A stretch of DNA of 64,000 nt from positions 12,071 to 76,070 of the forward strand of contig DAOTXE010000036.1 of the NCBI GenBank assembly GCA_034435355.1, read 5' to 3'. Origin of the DNA: Chloroflexota bacterium. Its GTDB lineage: Bacteria > Chloroflexota > Limnocylindria > Limnocylindrales > CSP1-4. The first letter of the stretch is position 1. Every line of letters begins with the position of its first letter. Made by a program: the position numbers and the translations under genes. Shown piece by piece: positions 27,102 to 35,990 of this stretch. The notes under the pieces are model-generated. The model worked only from the letters and a program-made list of their open reading frames with translations. It had not been told where the DNA came from and made no database searches.

Positions 27102-28307
27102 ATGCCCGCTCCCTCGGCGCTCAAGGCCCGCGCACGGGCCGCCATCGACGCGAGCCGGGAGGAGATCCTGGCGCTGTCGCACGCGATCCACGCCGATCCA
27201 GAGCCTGCCTTCGATGAGCATCGGGCGGCCCAGCGCGTGGCAGCCGCGATCGCCCGTCACGGTTACGCCGTCGAGCACCCGGCCGGACGCCTGCCGACCG
27301 CCGTGCGGGGCCGGCTCAGCGGCGGGATCGGGTCCGGCGGGCCGCGAATCGGCGTCCTCGCGGAGTACGACGCCCTGCCCGGCCTCGGCCACGGCTGCGG
27401 CCACAACACGATGGCCGCTTCGGGCGTGGGGGCGGCGATCGCGCTGGCCGCCGTGCGCGACTCGTTCGCGGGGGAGGTCGTCTTCCTGGGCACCCCGGCG
27501 GAGGAGCGCGGCAGCGGGAAGCAGTTCATGCTGGATGACGGGCTCTTCGACGGGCTCGACGCCGCGCTCCTCTTCCACCCGGCCGACCGCAACATGGTCA
27601 ACTGCGTGCTGCTCGCGAGCGAGGACGTGGACGTCACGTTCACCGGCCGGGCGGCCCACGCGGCCGGCGAGCCGTGGGAGGGCCGGAATGCGCTCGACGC
27701 GACCGTCCTCCTGTTCGAGGCGATCGGGCTCTGGCGCCAGCAGCTCCCGCAGCACGCCCGGGTGCACGGGATCGTCCTTGAGGGTGGCACGGCCGCCAAC
27801 ATCATCCCGGACAGGGCGACGGCGCGGTTCATGATCCGAAGCTCCGACCAGGCGTACTTCGAGTCGATGCGCGAGCGGTTCCGGGCGCTGGTGGCCGGTG
27901 CCGCGATGATGGCCGACGTGGAGGGCGAGCTTGCCTTCTCCGGCGGCTCCGCGACGATGAAGGACAGTCGGACTCTGGCGGGGCTCTGGCGCGCCAACAT
28001 GGAGGCACGCGATCTGCTCGACGAAGGGGTGGACGCGGATCACCTCGGGAGCTCGGACATGGGGAACGTGTCGCTCGCGCTTCCCACGATCCACCCGTCC
28101 CTCGCGATCTGCGACCACGGCGTCCCGTGGCATTCGCTCGAATCGCTGCGGGCCGCCGCGACGCCCCGCGCCGACGAGACGACCCTCGTCGCAGCGGCCC
28201 TCGTCGCCGAGACCGCCCTCGACCTCCTGGTCGATCCCGGCCTGGTCGCCTCGGCCTGGGCCGAGTTCCGCGGCCCGAGCGCGGGTCCCGCCGGCGGCCC
28301 GGCATGA
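27102..28307 (+). CDS. M20D-family amidohydrolase (aminobenzoyl-glutamate/hippurate hydrolase-like)
   Basis: Motifs HADPEPAFDEHRAA and LPGLGHGCGHNTMAA. GGAGG lies upstream of the ATG. Confidence 0.85.
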   Translation: MPAPSALKARARAAIDASREEILALSHAIHADPEPAFDEHRAAQRVAAAIARHGYAVEHPAGRLPTAVRGRLSGGIGSGGPRIGVLAEYDALPGLGHGCGHNTMAASGVGAAIALAAVRDSFAGEVVFLGTPAEERGSGKQFMLDDGLFDGLDAALLFHPADRNMVNCVLLASEDVDVTFTGRAAHAAGEPWEGRNALDATVLLFEAIGLWRQQLPQHARVHGIVLEGGTAANIIPDRATARFMIRSSDQAYFESMRERFRALVAGAAMMADVEGELAFSGGSATMKDSRTLAGLWRANMEARDLLDEGVDADHLGSSDMGNVSLALPTIHPSLAICDHGVPWHSLESLRAAATPRADETTLVAAALVAETALDLLVDPGLVASAWAEFRGPSAGPAGGPA

Positions 28308-29110
28308 CTCCCGTGGCCGATCTCCCCGGGCAGGAGGAGCTCCCCGACGCGCTCGCGCGGCTCTACGACCTCGACCTCCTCGACGATCCCGGAGACCTCG
28401 ATCTCTGGCTCGCGCTGGCTGTCAAGGCGGGCGGCCCGATCCTGGAGCTGATGTGCGGAACGGGCCGGCTCGCGGTCCCGCTCGCCGAGGCCGGTTTCGC
28501 GATCACGGCGGTCGATCTCGACCCCGCGATGCTGCGCCGGGCTGCCCGCCGGGCCGCCGCAGCCGGCCCGGACGTCGAGCGGCGCCTCGACCTCGTGCTG
28601 GGCGACGTGGCCGGGCTGGAGCTGCCCGGAGCCGGCACCTACCGGCTGGCCTTCGTCGCCCTCAACTCGATCCTCCTGCTTCGCTCGCGCGGTGGGCAGC
28701 AGGCGGCCTGGGCGGCGCTGGCCGGACACCTCGTCCCGGGGGGCCTCGCTGCCGTGGACGTCTGGTTGCCCGACGCCGCGGACCTCGCCCGCTACGACGG
28801 ACGGCTGCACCTCGAATACCTGCGCGAGGATCCAGAGCGCGGCACGTGGGTGACCAAGACGGCTGCTGCGCAGCACGACGGGGCGACGGGCGCGGTCGCC
28901 CTCACGACGTTGTTCGACGAGGGCGAGGCGGGCCAGACGCCCGTGCGGTGGTTTCGACGCGACGTCGTCCGGCTGACCTCGGCCGATGAGCAGCGCGCCC
29001 TCGCCGAGTCCGCCGGCCTGCAGGTCGAGATCATCGCCGGCGGCTACGACCTCGAGCCGCTCGGGCCACACGGCGATCGCCTCGTCCTGCTCGCGCGCCG
29101 GCCCGGTTGA
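28304..29110 (+). CDS. Class I SAM-dependent methyltransferase
   Basis: Motif I ILELMCGTGRLAVPLA and post-I AVDLDPAML. ATGA overlap with the upstream gene. Confidence 0.8.
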   Translation: MTPVADLPGQEELPDALARLYDLDLLDDPGDLDLWLALAVKAGGPILELMCGTGRLAVPLAEAGFAITAVDLDPAMLRRAARRAAAAGPDVERRLDLVLGDVAGLELPGAGTYRLAFVALNSILLLRSRGGQQAAWAALAGHLVPGGLAAVDVWLPDAADLARYDGRLHLEYLREDPERGTWVTKTAAAQHDGATGAVALTTLFDEGEAGQTPVRWFRRDVVRLTSADEQRALAESAGLQVEIIAGGYDLEPLGPHGDRLVLLARRPG

Positions 29111-29122
29111 TCGGCCCGAGTC

Positions 29123-29131
29123 TGGTATCGT
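29123..29131 (+). promoter_or_regulatory. Candidate extended -10 TGG-TATCGT, 8 nt upstream of ATG 29140
   Basis: TGGTATCGT at 29123-29131. There is no SD in the 8-nt gap. The hexamer is the same as the one upstream of ppa. Confidence 0.35.
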
Positions 29132-29139
29132 CGCCGTCG

Positions 29140-30288
29140 ATGCCCGCGCCCGCGAACCAGATCCGGCTCCTCCTGGTGGAGGACGTTCCACAGGTCGCCC
29201 AGTACATCCGTGGCCTGCTCAACTCGCAGCAGGCCATCAAGCTGATCGACGTCGTCACGGATGGCGGCCGGGCGGCGGCGCAGGTCCAGCAGCTGCGGCC
29301 CGACGTGGTCATCGTCGACTGGCTGCTGCAGGGCCGGACCAAGGCGCGTCGCGTCGTCGAGAGCCTCCACGAGACGACGCCGAACCTCGCCCTGATCGCC
29401 TTGACCGTCCCCCAGAATCCGGTCCAGTCGGACCCGTCGTCGGGGATCGCGGGGGTCCTCTCGATGCCGTTCTCCGGCTTCGAGCTGGTCAATCTGGTCA
29501 ACGCGATCCACCAGGCAGCGTCATCGGCCGACGGGACGGGACGCTCTCACGTGTTCGCCGTGTTCGCTCCGAAGGGTGGCGTCGGCAAGACGACGATCGC
29601 GTTCAACCTCGCGGTCGCGCTCGCGTCCCAGGGCCACAAGACGTGCCTGGTGGACGCCTGCCTCCAGTTCGGCGACCTGCGCTCGCTGCTCAAGGTTCCC
29701 GGCGACGCTCCGTCCATCCTCGACCTGCCGACCGACAGGATCGGCGAATCCGACCTCGGCGACGTGCTCTGGCGCGACCCCTCGCGGATCGACATCCTCC
29801 TCGCGCCGCCGCGCGTCGAGCTGGCCGAGATGGTGAGCGTGCGCGACATTGACAAGGTCCTGTCGCTTCTTCGCCGCGTCTACGACGTCGTCGTGGTCGA
29901 CATGCCGGCGTCCCTCGGGGATGTCTCGCTCGCGATCTTCGATGCCGCCGACCGGATTCTCGAGATCATCACCTACGACTCGACCACGATCCGCAACACG
30001 CTCGCGGTCGCGGATGCGTTCCGGGCGATCGGCTACGCGGACGCCAAGGTGCGCTACCTTCTGAACCGGGCCGACTCGGGAGGTGGCATCGATCCCGGCG
30101 ACCTGTCACGGGCCCTGGGGCGCGCGCCCGACCACACGATCGTGTCGGACGGGAGGCTCGTGATGCAGTCGAACAACGAAGGCGTGCCGTTCGTGCTGGC
30201 GAACCCCGACGCGCAGATCAGCCGCGATGTCACGGCGGTTGCCACGGCCCTCCTGAAGGCGCCGGTCCTGGCCGCCGCCAGGCGCTGA
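29140..30288 (+). CDS. Receiver-like domain fused to ParA/MinD/CpaE-type ATPase (paralog 1)
   Basis: REC-like IRLLLVEDV ... VVIVDWLL ... IALT ... SMPF, where the conserved Lys of KPF is Met. Deviant Walker A is FAPKGGVGKTTIA. It shares CLVDAxLQFGD, LLAPP, VVVD and LNR blocks with 53858-55033. Confidence 0.8.
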   Translation: MPAPANQIRLLLVEDVPQVAQYIRGLLNSQQAIKLIDVVTDGGRAAAQVQQLRPDVVIVDWLLQGRTKARRVVESLHETTPNLALIALTVPQNPVQSDPSSGIAGVLSMPFSGFELVNLVNAIHQAASSADGTGRSHVFAVFAPKGGVGKTTIAFNLAVALASQGHKTCLVDACLQFGDLRSLLKVPGDAPSILDLPTDRIGESDLGDVLWRDPSRIDILLAPPRVELAEMVSVRDIDKVLSLLRRVYDVVVVDMPASLGDVSLAIFDAADRILEIITYDSTTIRNTLAVADAFRAIGYADAKVRYLLNRADSGGGIDPGDLSRALGRAPDHTIVSDGRLVMQSNNEGVPFVLANPDAQISRDVTAVATALLKAPVLAAARR

Positions 30289-30292
30289 GCAG

Positions 30293-31213
30293 ATGTCGGA
30301 TGCGCGACCGATCGGGGTGTTCGACTCCGGGGTCGGCGGGCTGACCGTTCTTCGCGAGATCGTCCGCCGGTCGCCCCAGGAGAGCCTGGTCTACCTCGGC
30401 GACAACGCGCGGGCCCCGTACGGAACGCGCCCGGACGCCGAGGTGCGAAGCTTCTCGGTCGAATGCCTTGATCATCTCGCCGCCCACGATGTCAAGGCGC
30501 TCGTGGTCGCCTGCAACACGTCCACGGCCGTGGCCCTCGGCGAGTATCGCCGGCGCTATGACGTGCCGGTCCTCGGGGTGATCCGGCCTGGCGCCCAGGC
30601 GGCCGCGCTTGCCACGCGGACCCGCCGGGTGGGCGTGATCGCCACGCCGGCGACGATCCGGTCGCACGCCTACTTCGATGCGATCAAGGAGGAGAACCCG
30701 GCAGTGGAGGTCTACGAGCACGCGACGCCGACGCTCGTGCCCCTCGTCGAGTCCGGCCAGCTCGACGGCGACGCTGTCTTCGCGGCGGTCAGCGAGGCGC
30801 TCGGGCCGCTGCTCGGCCGGCGAGACGGCCGGGGAGACTTCATCCACCCGCTGCCCGTCTCGGCGAAGATCGACACGCTCCTGCTCGGCTGCACCCACTA
30901 CCCGCTGCTCCGCCGGGCGATCCAGACGGCGGCGGGCGACGGCGTCGCGATCGTCGACAGCGCGACGGCCACCGCGGGTGCCCTGTCCGAGCTGCTCTCC
31001 GTCAACGGCCTGGAGGCGCCCGGAACGACCCGCGGAACGGCCGCCGATGCCGGCCGGGCAGGCCACGATGCACCAACCGAACGGGCGACCGAGCCGACCC
31101 GCCGGCTCCTGACGACGGGGGACCTCGGGGTCTTCCAGCTCCTGGTCGACCGCCTCTTCGGCGTCGCCTTCCCGTCCGCCGAGCCGGTCGCGGTCGGCGC
31201 CGGGGCGGGCTGA
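30293..31213 (+). CDS. murI: Glutamate racemase
   Basis: Motifs IGVFDSGVGGLTVL, LVVACNTS and LGCTHYPLL. Confidence 0.9.
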   Translation: MSDARPIGVFDSGVGGLTVLREIVRRSPQESLVYLGDNARAPYGTRPDAEVRSFSVECLDHLAAHDVKALVVACNTSTAVALGEYRRRYDVPVLGVIRPGAQAAALATRTRRVGVIATPATIRSHAYFDAIKEENPAVEVYEHATPTLVPLVESGQLDGDAVFAAVSEALGPLLGRRDGRGDFIHPLPVSAKIDTLLLGCTHYPLLRRAIQTAAGDGVAIVDSATATAGALSELLSVNGLEAPGTTRGTAADAGRAGHDAPTERATEPTRRLLTTGDLGVFQLLVDRLFGVAFPSAEPVAVGAGAG

Positions 31214-31222
31214 GGTCCGGGG

Positions 31223-32428
31223 ATGGCGGCGCGCCGGCCCACCCGCGGATCCTCCGCGCGGAGCTCCACGGGCGGCACGTGGCAGGCCGGCTTCCTCATG
31301 GGAGCTGCGCTGGGCGCCGCTGTCACGGTGCTCGGGCGGAGGGCCGAGCAGGAGGCTCGTGCGGGCCTGGTGGACTGGCAGGCCGTCGGGCGCTCCGCGG
31401 AGGCGCGCCTGCGCCGCGCGCCCGGCCGCCTGGGCAGCCCGGAGATCGGGGCCACCGCGCCCGCTTACCGGGCATCCATGGCGCGCGTCGTGCCCGCGCT
31501 CGAGGAGGCGCTCGGCGTCCCGCTCCCCGGCATCGTGGATCGCGTCGCGGTCGTCGGCCGGGGTGGCTGGGTCGAGGCCAGCCTGGCGACGTTCGCGGGG
31601 ATCTTCGGCACGCTGGAAGGGGACCTCCTGGACCAGCTCGTGCCGCCGTCGGCGGGCCTCCTGAAGGCGTCGGTCGCGCTCGCGAACCGCTGGGCGACGA
31701 GCCAGCAGCTCGGGTTCCTCCTCGCGTTCATGGGCCAGCGCGTGCTCGGCCAGTACGACATGGCGCTTCTGTCGGCAGGCGCCGAACCGGGCCAGCTGCT
31801 CTTCGTGGAGGAGAACATCCGGGCGACCGCGGCGTCGCTCGGCGTCGACGTGGCGTCGTTCCGGACGTGGATCGCGCTCCACGAGACGACCCACGCGTTC
31901 GAGTTCGAGGCGCATCCCTGGCTGCGGCCCTACCTGGCCGAGCGCCTGGAGCGGCAGCTGCGCGCGTTCTCGCGAACCAGCGCTCTCGTCGGTGGAGGGG
32001 CCGTCCGGGCCGTCGGGCGGGCGCTCCGCGGCGGCGATGGTCACTGGCTGGAGCGCCTGATGTCGGACGAGCAGCGCACACTCTTCCGCGAGACACAGGC
32101 GGTGATGTGCCTGCTCGAGGGGTTCGGGGATCACGTGATGGACTCGGTCGGCAGGGATCTCGTTCCGGGCGTCGAGACGATCTCTGCCCGGTTCCATGCC
32201 CGGCGCGCGTCACGGACGCCGATGGAGCGGGCGATGCTGCGGCTGACCGGTCTCGACCTGAAGATGGAGCAATACGCGCGCGGGGAGCGGTTCGTGGCGG
32301 GGATCGACCACCTCGGCGGGGGATCGGCCCTTCGCCGGCTGTGGGATGGGCCGGAGACGCTGCCGCGCGACGACGAGCTCGACCACCCGGAGCGCTGGAC
32401 GCGGCGCGTGCTCGGGACGCCCGCGTGA
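31223..32428 (+). CDS. Zinc-dependent metalloprotease, DUF2342 family
   Basis: HExxH in IALHETTHAFEFEAHPWL. Length and layout fit the actinobacterial DUF2342 hydrolases. Confidence 0.75.
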   Translation: MAARRPTRGSSARSSTGGTWQAGFLMGAALGAAVTVLGRRAEQEARAGLVDWQAVGRSAEARLRRAPGRLGSPEIGATAPAYRASMARVVPALEEALGVPLPGIVDRVAVVGRGGWVEASLATFAGIFGTLEGDLLDQLVPPSAGLLKASVALANRWATSQQLGFLLAFMGQRVLGQYDMALLSAGAEPGQLLFVEENIRATAASLGVDVASFRTWIALHETTHAFEFEAHPWLRPYLAERLERQLRAFSRTSALVGGGAVRAVGRALRGGDGHWLERLMSDEQRTLFRETQAVMCLLEGFGDHVMDSVGRDLVPGVETISARFHARRASRTPMERAMLRLTGLDLKMEQYARGERFVAGIDHLGGGSALRRLWDGPETLPRDDELDHPERWTRRVLGTPA

Positions 32429-33465
32429 CCGGACCGTCTCTCGGCGGGAGCCCGGGACCGGGGAGCGGGCCCGGCGGCGTGCCGCGCGCGATCGCGCTCT
32501 CGCCGATCCTCGCCGCGCGCTACCGGCCGGCGGACGTGGCGAGGATCGCGGCGGCGGCCCCGGGGTCGCGCCTGGTGATGCTCTCCCGCGAGGGGCTAGC
32601 GGATGGCCCGGTCGAGGATGTCGAGGTCTTGCTCCACGGGTTCCTGGCGCCCGACGCCTACGAGCGACTCCTCGCGCGGGCGCCGTCGCTGCGCTGGGTG
32701 CATTCGGCTTCGGCCGGCGTGGAGCGGCTCCTCAGCCCGGCGGCGCGCGCGCGCGGCCTCTGGATCACGAACGCGCGCGGCGTCTTCAGCCAGCCCATCG
32801 CCGAGTACGTCCTGATGATGGTGCTGGCGGTGAGCCGCCGCCTGCCGCAGATCCTGGAGCTCCAGGCAGAGCGGACCTGGCAGCCGCTCGAGGGACGCGA
32901 GCTGCGTGACGTCACCCTCGGCATCGTGGGCTTCGGGAGCATCGGGCGTGCCGTCGCCGAGCTCGTGGCGCCGTTCGGGATGCGGGTGATGGCGACGCGC
33001 CGCGACCCGCGTCCCCGGCCGGACGAGCCGCCGCTGCCCTCCGGCGTGGAGCTTCGCGGCCCGGAGGCGTTCGGCGACCTGCTGAGCGCGTCGGACTTCG
33101 TCGTGCTGGCCCTGCCTCTGACGGTCGAGACTGAGGACCTCGTGGACGACCGCGCGCTGGCGCTCATGCGGCGCACGGCGTGGCTGATCAACGTCTCGCG
33201 GGGCCGCCTGATCGTGGAGCGCGCTCTCCTGCGTGCACTCCAGGAGCGAACGCTCGGGGGCGCCGTGCTGGACGCGTTCAGGGACGAGCCGCTGCCGCCG
33301 ACGTCCCCCTTCTATGACCTTTCGAACGTGATCCTGACGCCGCACACGTCGTGGTCGAGCGGCCGGGTCGTCGACCGGAGCGTCGACCTGTTCGCCGACA
33401 ACCTCCGTCGGTTCGCGGCCGGGGAGCCGCTCCGCAACAGGGTGGACCCGGGGGTCGGATACTGA
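32425..33465 (+). CDS. D-isomer-specific 2-hydroxyacid dehydrogenase family protein
   Basis: NAD site GIVGFGSIGRAVA, plus LINVSRGRL and LTPHTSW. GTGA overlap with the upstream gene. Confidence 0.8.
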   Translation: MTGPSLGGSPGPGSGPGGVPRAIALSPILAARYRPADVARIAAAAPGSRLVMLSREGLADGPVEDVEVLLHGFLAPDAYERLLARAPSLRWVHSASAGVERLLSPAARARGLWITNARGVFSQPIAEYVLMMVLAVSRRLPQILELQAERTWQPLEGRELRDVTLGIVGFGSIGRAVAELVAPFGMRVMATRRDPRPRPDEPPLPSGVELRGPEAFGDLLSASDFVVLALPLTVETEDLVDDRALALMRRTAWLINVSRGRLIVERALLRALQERTLGGAVLDAFRDEPLPPTSPFYDLSNVILTPHTSWSSGRVVDRSVDLFADNLRRFAAGEPLRNRVDPGVGY

Positions 33466-33469
33466 CCCG

Positions 33470-34573
33470 ATGCAGATCGCGATCGTCGGGCTGGCCGGGT
33501 CAGGGAAGACCACCGTCTTCAACACGCTGACCCGGGGCAACGTCCAGACCGGCGGCTTCGGCGGCCTTGAGCTCCACGTCGGCGTGGTCAAGGTGCCGGA
33601 TCCGCGGCTGGACCGGCTGGCGGAGATCTTCCACCCCAGGAAGGTCATCCACGCGGACGTGACGTACGTGGACCTGCCGGCGCCGCCCGCCTCCTCGGAC
33701 GGCCGTGTGGGAACGGAGGAGCTCCCCGCGGAGCACCTCGCGCGGCTCCGCGACGCGGATGCGCTGCTCCACGTGGTCCGCGACTGGGACGACCCGGCGC
33801 TCCCGCATCCGGCCGGCGCGGTGGATGCCGCGCGAGACCTGGAGCAGCTGGACCTCGAGTTCGTGCTCGCCGACCTCGCGGTCGTCGATCGCCGCCTGGA
33901 GCGGCTGCGCGGCGCCGGCCGCCACGGCACTCCCGCGGAGCGCGAGGCGAACGAGCGCGAGGCGGTCCTCCTCGACCGGCTCCGCGCGCGGCTCGTGGCT
34001 GGCCATCCCATCCGCGACGAGGTGCTCGACGCGGACGAGGAGCGCTCGCTGCGCGGCTTCCGGTTCCTCACCCAGAAGCCGGTCCTCGTCCTCCTCAACG
34101 TCGGAGAGCGCGATCTCGCCACGGCGCCCGGACGGGTTGCCGACATCGCCAGTGGCTACCCGCATCGCCACGCCCTCGTCGACTCGCTCTCGGCCAGGAT
34201 CGAGATGGAGCTCGGGCAGCTGGAAGCCGAGGAAGCCGCCGCCTTCGGTGCGGAGCTCGGAATCACGGAGTCGTCGCTCGACCGCGTGATCGGGCTTTCC
34301 TACCGTCTCCTCGGGCTCATCTCGTTCCTCACGGCGGGCCCGGACGAGGTTCGCGCCTGGCCGGTCCCCGGCGGGTCCACGGCGGTGGATGCGGCCGCGG
34401 CCATCCACACGGACCTCGCGCGCGGCTTCATCCGCGCGGAGACGGTCGCGTACGAGGATCTCCTCGCCACCGGCAGCACCGCCGAGGCCCGCAGGCACGG
34501 CAAGCTGCGATCCGAGGGGAAGACCTACCGCGTCCGCGACGGGGACGTGCTCGAGATCCTGTTCTCGCGATGA
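33470..34573 (+). CDS. ychF: Redox-regulated ATPase YchF (Obg-like)
   Basis: G1 motif IVGLAGSGKTTVFNTLT and C-terminal TGS-like KLRSEGKTYRVRDGDVLEILF. Confidence 0.9.
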   Translation: MQIAIVGLAGSGKTTVFNTLTRGNVQTGGFGGLELHVGVVKVPDPRLDRLAEIFHPRKVIHADVTYVDLPAPPASSDGRVGTEELPAEHLARLRDADALLHVVRDWDDPALPHPAGAVDAARDLEQLDLEFVLADLAVVDRRLERLRGAGRHGTPAEREANEREAVLLDRLRARLVAGHPIRDEVLDADEERSLRGFRFLTQKPVLVLLNVGERDLATAPGRVADIASGYPHRHALVDSLSARIEMELGQLEAEEAAAFGAELGITESSLDRVIGLSYRLLGLISFLTAGPDEVRAWPVPGGSTAVDAAAAIHTDLARGFIRAETVAYEDLLATGSTAEARRHGKLRSEGKTYRVRDGDVLEILFSR

Positions 34574-35601
34574 GCGGCCGGCCGCGGGCCGGTCCGGGCG
34601 TCCGCGACCCCCAGCCGGGCGGTCCGGAGATCGTCGTCGTCGGCGCCGCGAGCCGCGACCTGGCGGCGGACGACGAGCGCGGCTGGCGGCTCGGGGGTGG
34701 CGTGACCTATGCGGCGCTCCAGAGCGCGCGGCTCGGCGTGCGGACGGCCGCGATCATGGGCCTGGACCCCGCGGCCTTCGACGCGACCGAGCTGGGGCTG
34801 CTCGCGGAGGCCGGCGTCGAGCTGCTTCGGGTCCCACTGTCCCACGGACCGGTCTTCCGGAATGTCGAGGCGGACGGTGGGCGCAGCCAGACGTGCCTCG
34901 ACCCGGGGCGGCCGCTGCCCATGGTCGATGTGCCGGGCGCCTGGCGGGACGCATCGGCGTGGGTCCTCGCGCCCGTTGCCGCCGAGCTCGAGGAGCGCTG
35001 GTCGGATCGGATGCGCAGGGATGCGCTGGTCGCGCTCGGCTGGCAGGGAATGCTGCGCAGGCTGCGCGCCGGCGCACGCGTCGGTCGCCGGGCACCCGTG
35101 CGCGGACGGCTGGTCGCGCGGGCCGACCTGGCGGTTCTCAGCGAGCACGACCTGGTGGCCGGCGCACGCCCGCAGGGGCTGGCCGCATTCCTCGAGCCCG
35201 GAGCGTGGCTGGTCGTGACCGCCGGCGCGGCCGGCGGGTGGCTCGCCAACGTCACCCCGCACGGCCTGGGTCCGCTCGTGCGCTACCCGGCGATCGCGGC
35301 CGCGCGCGAGGTGGACGCCACGGGCGCGGGAGACACGTTCCTCGCGGCGCTCGTCGCCAGCCTCCTCGCATCTGGCGATGCGGCGGGCGCGGCCCGAGGC
35401 GCGGCCCGCAGAGAAGCCGCGGGCGGCGACCCGCCGGAACGCCACCCGCTCGCGCCGCACCTCCGTTTCGCGGCCGCTGCAGCGTCGTTCACGGTCGAGG
35501 GCCCCGGGCTGTCGACGGTTGCCGACCGGACAGCCGTGCTGGGACGGCTCGCCGGCCCGGTTGCTCAGTCGTTCGCCGAGTCGCCGTTCTCACCGACGTA
35601 G
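34570..35601 (+). CDS. PfkB-family carbohydrate kinase
   Basis: C-terminal signature VDATGAGDTFLAALV. ATGA overlap with ychF. Confidence 0.8.
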   Translation: MSGRPRAGPGVRDPQPGGPEIVVVGAASRDLAADDERGWRLGGGVTYAALQSARLGVRTAAIMGLDPAAFDATELGLLAEAGVELLRVPLSHGPVFRNVEADGGRSQTCLDPGRPLPMVDVPGAWRDASAWVLAPVAAELEERWSDRMRRDALVALGWQGMLRRLRAGARVGRRAPVRGRLVARADLAVLSEHDLVAGARPQGLAAFLEPGAWLVVTAGAAGGWLANVTPHGLGPLVRYPAIAAAREVDATGAGDTFLAALVASLLASGDAAGAARGAARREAAGGDPPERHPLAPHLRFAAAAASFTVEGPGLSTVADRTAVLGRLAGPVAQSFAESPFSPT

Positions 35602-35930
35602 TCGGCGAACGCGCCCCGGTAATCGACGCCTGACAGGCCGAGGGCGCCGAACTCGTCGTCAGTGGCGATCAGGAAGTTCTCGTCCTCGTCCTTCGAGACG
35701 TTGACGGCAGCCGAGATCCGCTCGTCGGAGACGAAGAGGAACGCGTAGCTGCGCTCGAGCTCGAGCGCGATCGCCTCGATCAGCGTGTCCGTCTCGAAGT
35801 GATCCTGCAGCTGCCTGCGAATGCCCTGGACCAGCTCGAAGAAGTCATCGGCCGGCATCTCCTCCTCCCGGGCGAGGAGCACGTCGGAGAAGAGCTCGTC
35901 GTCGCCCTCGTGGAGCTCGTAGAAATACAC
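35565..35930 (-). CDS. Small strongly acidic hypothetical protein
   Basis: (M)YFYELHEGDDELFSDVLL ... with many D/E residues. GTG 35930 lies 5 nt after AAGGAG; the ORF-track start at 35936 abuts the SD. The 3' end overlaps the convergent pfkB gene by 37 nt. Confidence 0.6.
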   Translation of the reverse strand: MYFYELHEGDDELFSDVLLAREEEMPADDFFELVQGIRRQLQDHFETDTLIEAIALELERSYAFLFVSDERISAAVNVSKDEDENFLIATDDEFGALGLSGVDYRGAFADYVGENGDSAND

Positions 35931-35960
35931 GGCCACTCCTTTGCCTCTATGGGGAGCCAG

Positions 35961-35966
35961 ATTCTA
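35961..35966 (-). promoter_or_regulatory. Candidate -10 (TAGAAT) for the acidic-protein gene
   Basis: The reverse complement of ATTCTA at 35961-35966 is TAGAAT, about 30 nt upstream of the start, in the 54-nt gap after the upstream gene. Confidence 0.35.
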
Positions 35967-35990
35967 GACCACCCCCGCGGCCGAGCTCGG

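Noticed and set aside
29140-30288. Tad/Flp pilus locus implied by CpaE-like ATPases (also 53858-55033)
   Set aside because: No CpaF/TadA ATPase, TadB/C, pilin, prepilin peptidase or secretin-like genes occur anywhere in the window. The genes are therefore treated as orphan ParA/MinD-like regulators.
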